A DNA stretch of 63,127 nt, the filler included, from Globobulimina sp. (lineage: Eukaryota): assembly GCA_003354225.1 (NCBI GenBank). It is 14 parts of 14 records of this genome, joined end to end, with 100 filler letters (N's around TTAATTAATTAA, not from the genome) between each part and the next. Parts side by side here need not be neighbours in the genome. Positions count along the whole stretch, not along the records: positions 58,719 to 63,127 come from PIVH01001272.1; 13 more parts are not named here. One strand, given 5' to 3'. The position numbers and the translations under genes were made by a program. The notes under the pieces are model-generated. The model was not told the origin of the DNA, ran no database searches, and saw only the letters and a program-made list of their open reading frames with translations. Numbering within the stretch: position 1 is the first letter of the stretch; the number at the start of each line of letters is the position of its first letter. This document shows positions 59,811-63,127 of this stretch, in pieces.

Positions 59811-62082
59811 ATGTCTGCGTTAGAAGTCAAAGTCCCGTTGAAAGTACATGTGAAATTATCACCTTTGACATCGACAACATTTTACGATGCAATTGCATAT
59901 GAAAAAGTATCAGAACTCATTGGAACAGGAACATTAAACGAAAAAGATAAACCAAAATATACGAAATTTCTAAATGAAACGAGACATCAACGCGATTTGG
60001 TTAAACAAACATATTATCAGGTCAACGGAGGTAGATTATATGCAAAAAATAAAGTATCTGTACAATCAGCACATAAAGAACATCGACAGTGTTTATCCAA
60101 ATTACCATTGGTGGAAATTGACGATATTAATAGTGGTCCATCCAACTTATTAGATTGTGTAGAAACGCACAGAAATATTTGTGGTCCATCGCCAAATCTT
60201 AGTAAATATAACTTGAATCCGCAATTATATTTACAACAATTAGATAATGCACCGGGAGCAAAACGTTTAGTTATCATGTTGATGTGTAGAGGTACATGGG
60301 ATACATGGTGTAACGAATATAATTATAAATTAACACAACCTGATTTTTTTGCCGAATTGGAAGAGGAAATATCAAATATTACCGATCCAATATACAAAGC
60401 AAATATGCATCTTCTCGAAATTATTGGGCATGGTGATAATGATAAAGGGAGAGTGTTAGCTTTAGTCTATTTTATGTGGGAAGTATCCATATTGGAAGCA
60501 AAATATACATATTTGACGCAACAACAATTAATTAAAGATAATATCTGTTCGTTCGTTCATGATGCTATCATATTTCCACAAACATTATCATTTATTAATA
60601 ATGAGTCATTAATAATGAAAGAATTATCAGATTTTACGTTCAAGACAACAGGTTTTAAACATAAATTTAGAGTGACATATTTAACGGAAAAATTAGTAAG
60701 CACTGAATTAAGCGAGCAATTATCAAATTCAGTTTCTGAAACCGATAATCAGTCTCAGTCTGATGTAGAAATTGAATCATTTTCATGGAAATTATTTTAT
60801 ATTAATTTATGGAAATCATTCTTACCGTTTGTGATGGAAAATGGTGGCTTATTCTCTGCAACGGCTATGCAAACAGTTTAGTTAAATATATATATATATA
60901 TATATAATTTGTGGCGTAATCATAAATAATATTAAATAATACGGAATAAACCAGTTTATTCAATCTTCATTAACACAAGAAATGCATAAAATGCCTGAAC
61001 TCAAATTTGGTGAGCTGCTATGTTTTTTAATGAATGAGGAATATATTACTGTTATACCAAATAATAATAATAATTTTGTCCGGAATGAAACAGATAATAC
61101 ATTTTATGTTACCGGGCGAAAATCATTTATTGATTTTATGAATGATATAGAATCGTCAGCAAAACGTGATTTGTTTCCCGAATGTCAATTATGTCAATCA
61201 TACGTTATTGGTAAAGGATTTAAATGTACAAAATCAAATTGCGGCGCACTTTATCACAAAAATTGTTTGATGACCTATCTAAATAACGATGGATATAATG
61301 TACAATGTAATATTTGTGATACCTGTTATGACGACATAAATACCGAAAATATTGATGCACATATTAACATATTGAATCATCCAAACAATGTTATTAATAT
61401 TATCTGGAAATATGAAAATATATCATCGCCTGCTACAAACAAAACTAGTTCCTTTCTAAATATTACATGTACCGCCGTTCATCGTGAACAACAACATGTT
61501 ATATTTAATTTATCTACAGAAATATCGCGAATATTACATAAATGTATGGTTGAAGAAAAGATTATTTTTTGTAATTCTACGTTTACTACAAATGATAAAT
61601 ATCCCGGATTTTTAATACAATTGAAATCGTTTACAAATCCAGCAATATTGTCTGAGTTAGATAGAACATTGTTACCAAAATGTAAACAACAAATATTAAT
61701 CAAACATAAAATAGAGACTCACCTCAAATGGAATTTTTTGTCCGATGATGATATTAATATTGCAACAAAAATGAAATGTGAGCAAGATGAATCAAATAAT
61801 AATTTAAATCGAATTCATATTTTTAAAGAGACGACATTTGAAAATAAAAATGGTACAACTCTTAATTTGGTAATTTTAGTTTCATCATCAGATGAAGATG
61901 ATGATGATATTATTGGTAGCTGTCAACGAAAATTAGATCCAGCACATAATAATACAAATATTGCAATCAATAATAGCCAACGAATATTAAATTCATCAGA
62001 TAATGATGATGACAACGCTGGCGACAGAAAAAGAAGACGGGGTAGAGACGGGGGAAATGAAAAAAATGAAAATGAAAAATGA
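59811..62082 (+). CDS. TV-Pol (DNA polymerase family A-like) domain joined through intron 60876-60954 to an Nse1-like winged-helix + RING (C4HC3) region
   Basis: 'GGRLYA..SVQ..KEHRQCL', motif A 'EIDDINSGP', motif B 'AKRLVIML', 'WEVSIL', motif C 'VHDAII'; phase-0 GTTTAG...AACCAG intron; 'GRKSFIDF..CQLC..CTKSNCGALYHKNC..CNIC'. Confidence 0.62.
60886..60906. repeat. (TA)n microsatellite inside the predicted intron
   Basis: atatatatatatatatatata. Confidence 0.9.
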
Positions 62083-62217
62083 AATGAAATGAAAAATGAA
62101 ATGAAATGGAAATGAAATGAAAAAAAATGAAATGAAATGGAAATGAAATGAAAAAAAAATGAAATGAAAAAAAATGAAATGAAATGAAAATGAAAAAAAA
62201 ATGAAATGAAAAAAAAT
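62055..62217. repeat. Imperfect (GAAAT)n microsatellite
   Basis: gaaatgaaatgaaaaatgaaatg... over ~160 nt. Confidence 0.92.
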
Positions 62218-63127
62218 ATTGTTGATCCTTTATCACAGTCATTATCACAAGCATTGACATTTAATAATAATAATAATTATGATATTTCCTTTAGCGATGA
62301 ACGCGATAACGAGATACAATCGACAGAATGTAATACAAATATTTTTGATTCAATATATAACGGCCATTTTAATAAAAATATATTTGCAAAACAAGCAGGT
62401 GCAGGCACATTTTTTCCGACAAACGATTGGATTTATATATTGATAACAAATATTGCTATGAGGAAAAAAATATATTATTTCGGGGGTTTTGGGTGCAAAA
62501 ATCATTAATATTAATGTTATATCATTTTATGAAACATATACAAGAAAAGGAACAATATTATATATCAACGCTATTCATTTGCTGTAAATACGACCCGGTG
62601 TTCATTCTTCAAACATTCAAAATATGCGGTGTCTCAATTGCCGCATTGGAACCTATACTAAGCATATATTAGTTATACTTATTTGTGTTATATATAATTT
62701 CTGTGACGGAAATATTACTTTTTATCATTATTCAAAATTTATTGAGATTAATTTGTCTCAATTGTATTGTTTCATTTTTCTTTTGTTAATTAAATAGTTT
62801 TGATTGAATTTATATTTTAAATAATTTCCAAATTTGTTTTTCCGGCCCGGGTTCTAAATTTCTATATATTTAATTATTTTCTTTCTTTCTTTTTTTGAGT
62901 GGTTCTTATTTCTTAGTGTGAACTTTGTGTTTTTTACTACATGTCATTTTCAAAGGTCAAATTTTAGTGTTCTCAAAGGTCAGCGTTTATACCGAGACGT
63001 AACAGCAAATTATTCAAACCGACTTCATTGGTCATCTTCTCTATAACAGTCACAAATTGCTACTCCTTATACGTTGCTATATTGATAGCTTTTTGAAAAT
63101 CCATTTTTATATATTTTTAAAAATATC

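Noticed and set aside
61967-62260. Phe/His-rich minus-strand ORF
   Set aside because: Translation of the (ATTTC)n microsatellite

Overview
This window is not one locus. It is 14 unrelated contigs of about 4.41-4.42 kb, in decreasing length, joined by artificial 100-nt spacers (N44-TTAATTAATTAA-N44): 1-4422, 4523-8943, 9044-13463, 13564-17983, 18084-22501, 22602-27019, 27120-31537, 31638-36054, 36155-40568, 40669-45082, 45183-49595, 49696-54108, 54209-58618 and 58719-63127. The DNA is AT-rich, gene-dense and eukaryotic, with the standard code and short GT-AG introns. The gene families suggest a rhizarian protist, probably a foraminiferan (inference). Host-type genes include a class C GPCR, myosin, a small Tim chaperone missed by the ORF track, a DXO/RAI1-like nuclease, a multi-LOTUS+RRM protein, two sulfotransferases, a GT32 glycosyltransferase, a QRT3-like glycanase, C2H2, TPR, SPRY, PPR and UBA-PDZ-Tudor proteins, and a divergent EF1A-like GTPase. 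Mobile DNA includes an APE-RT-RNaseH-CCHC LINE with a poly(A) tail and one internal TGA, a probable LINE 5' half, and a TTAA-flanked MITE. Five items stand out. (1) A family-A-like TV-Pol polymerase is apparently spliced in frame to an Nse1-like winged-helix/RING module and lies directly behind an AlkB-type dioxygenase (last contig). (2) An F-box-like motif, 'LVxGYIR..IPxxIIxxCxxFY', recurs in five unrelated proteins, two of which end in CaaX boxes. (3) An inverted pair of small membrane-peptide genes differs almost only in a short post-signal-peptide segment and flanks a membrane-anchored SET gene. (4) The retroelement-like ORF pair has an AUGGAUGA start-stop overlap and a PAM2 motif. (5) There is a pair of ADP-ribosyltransferase-like genes. 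All domain calls were made by reading motifs by eye; no database searches were run.
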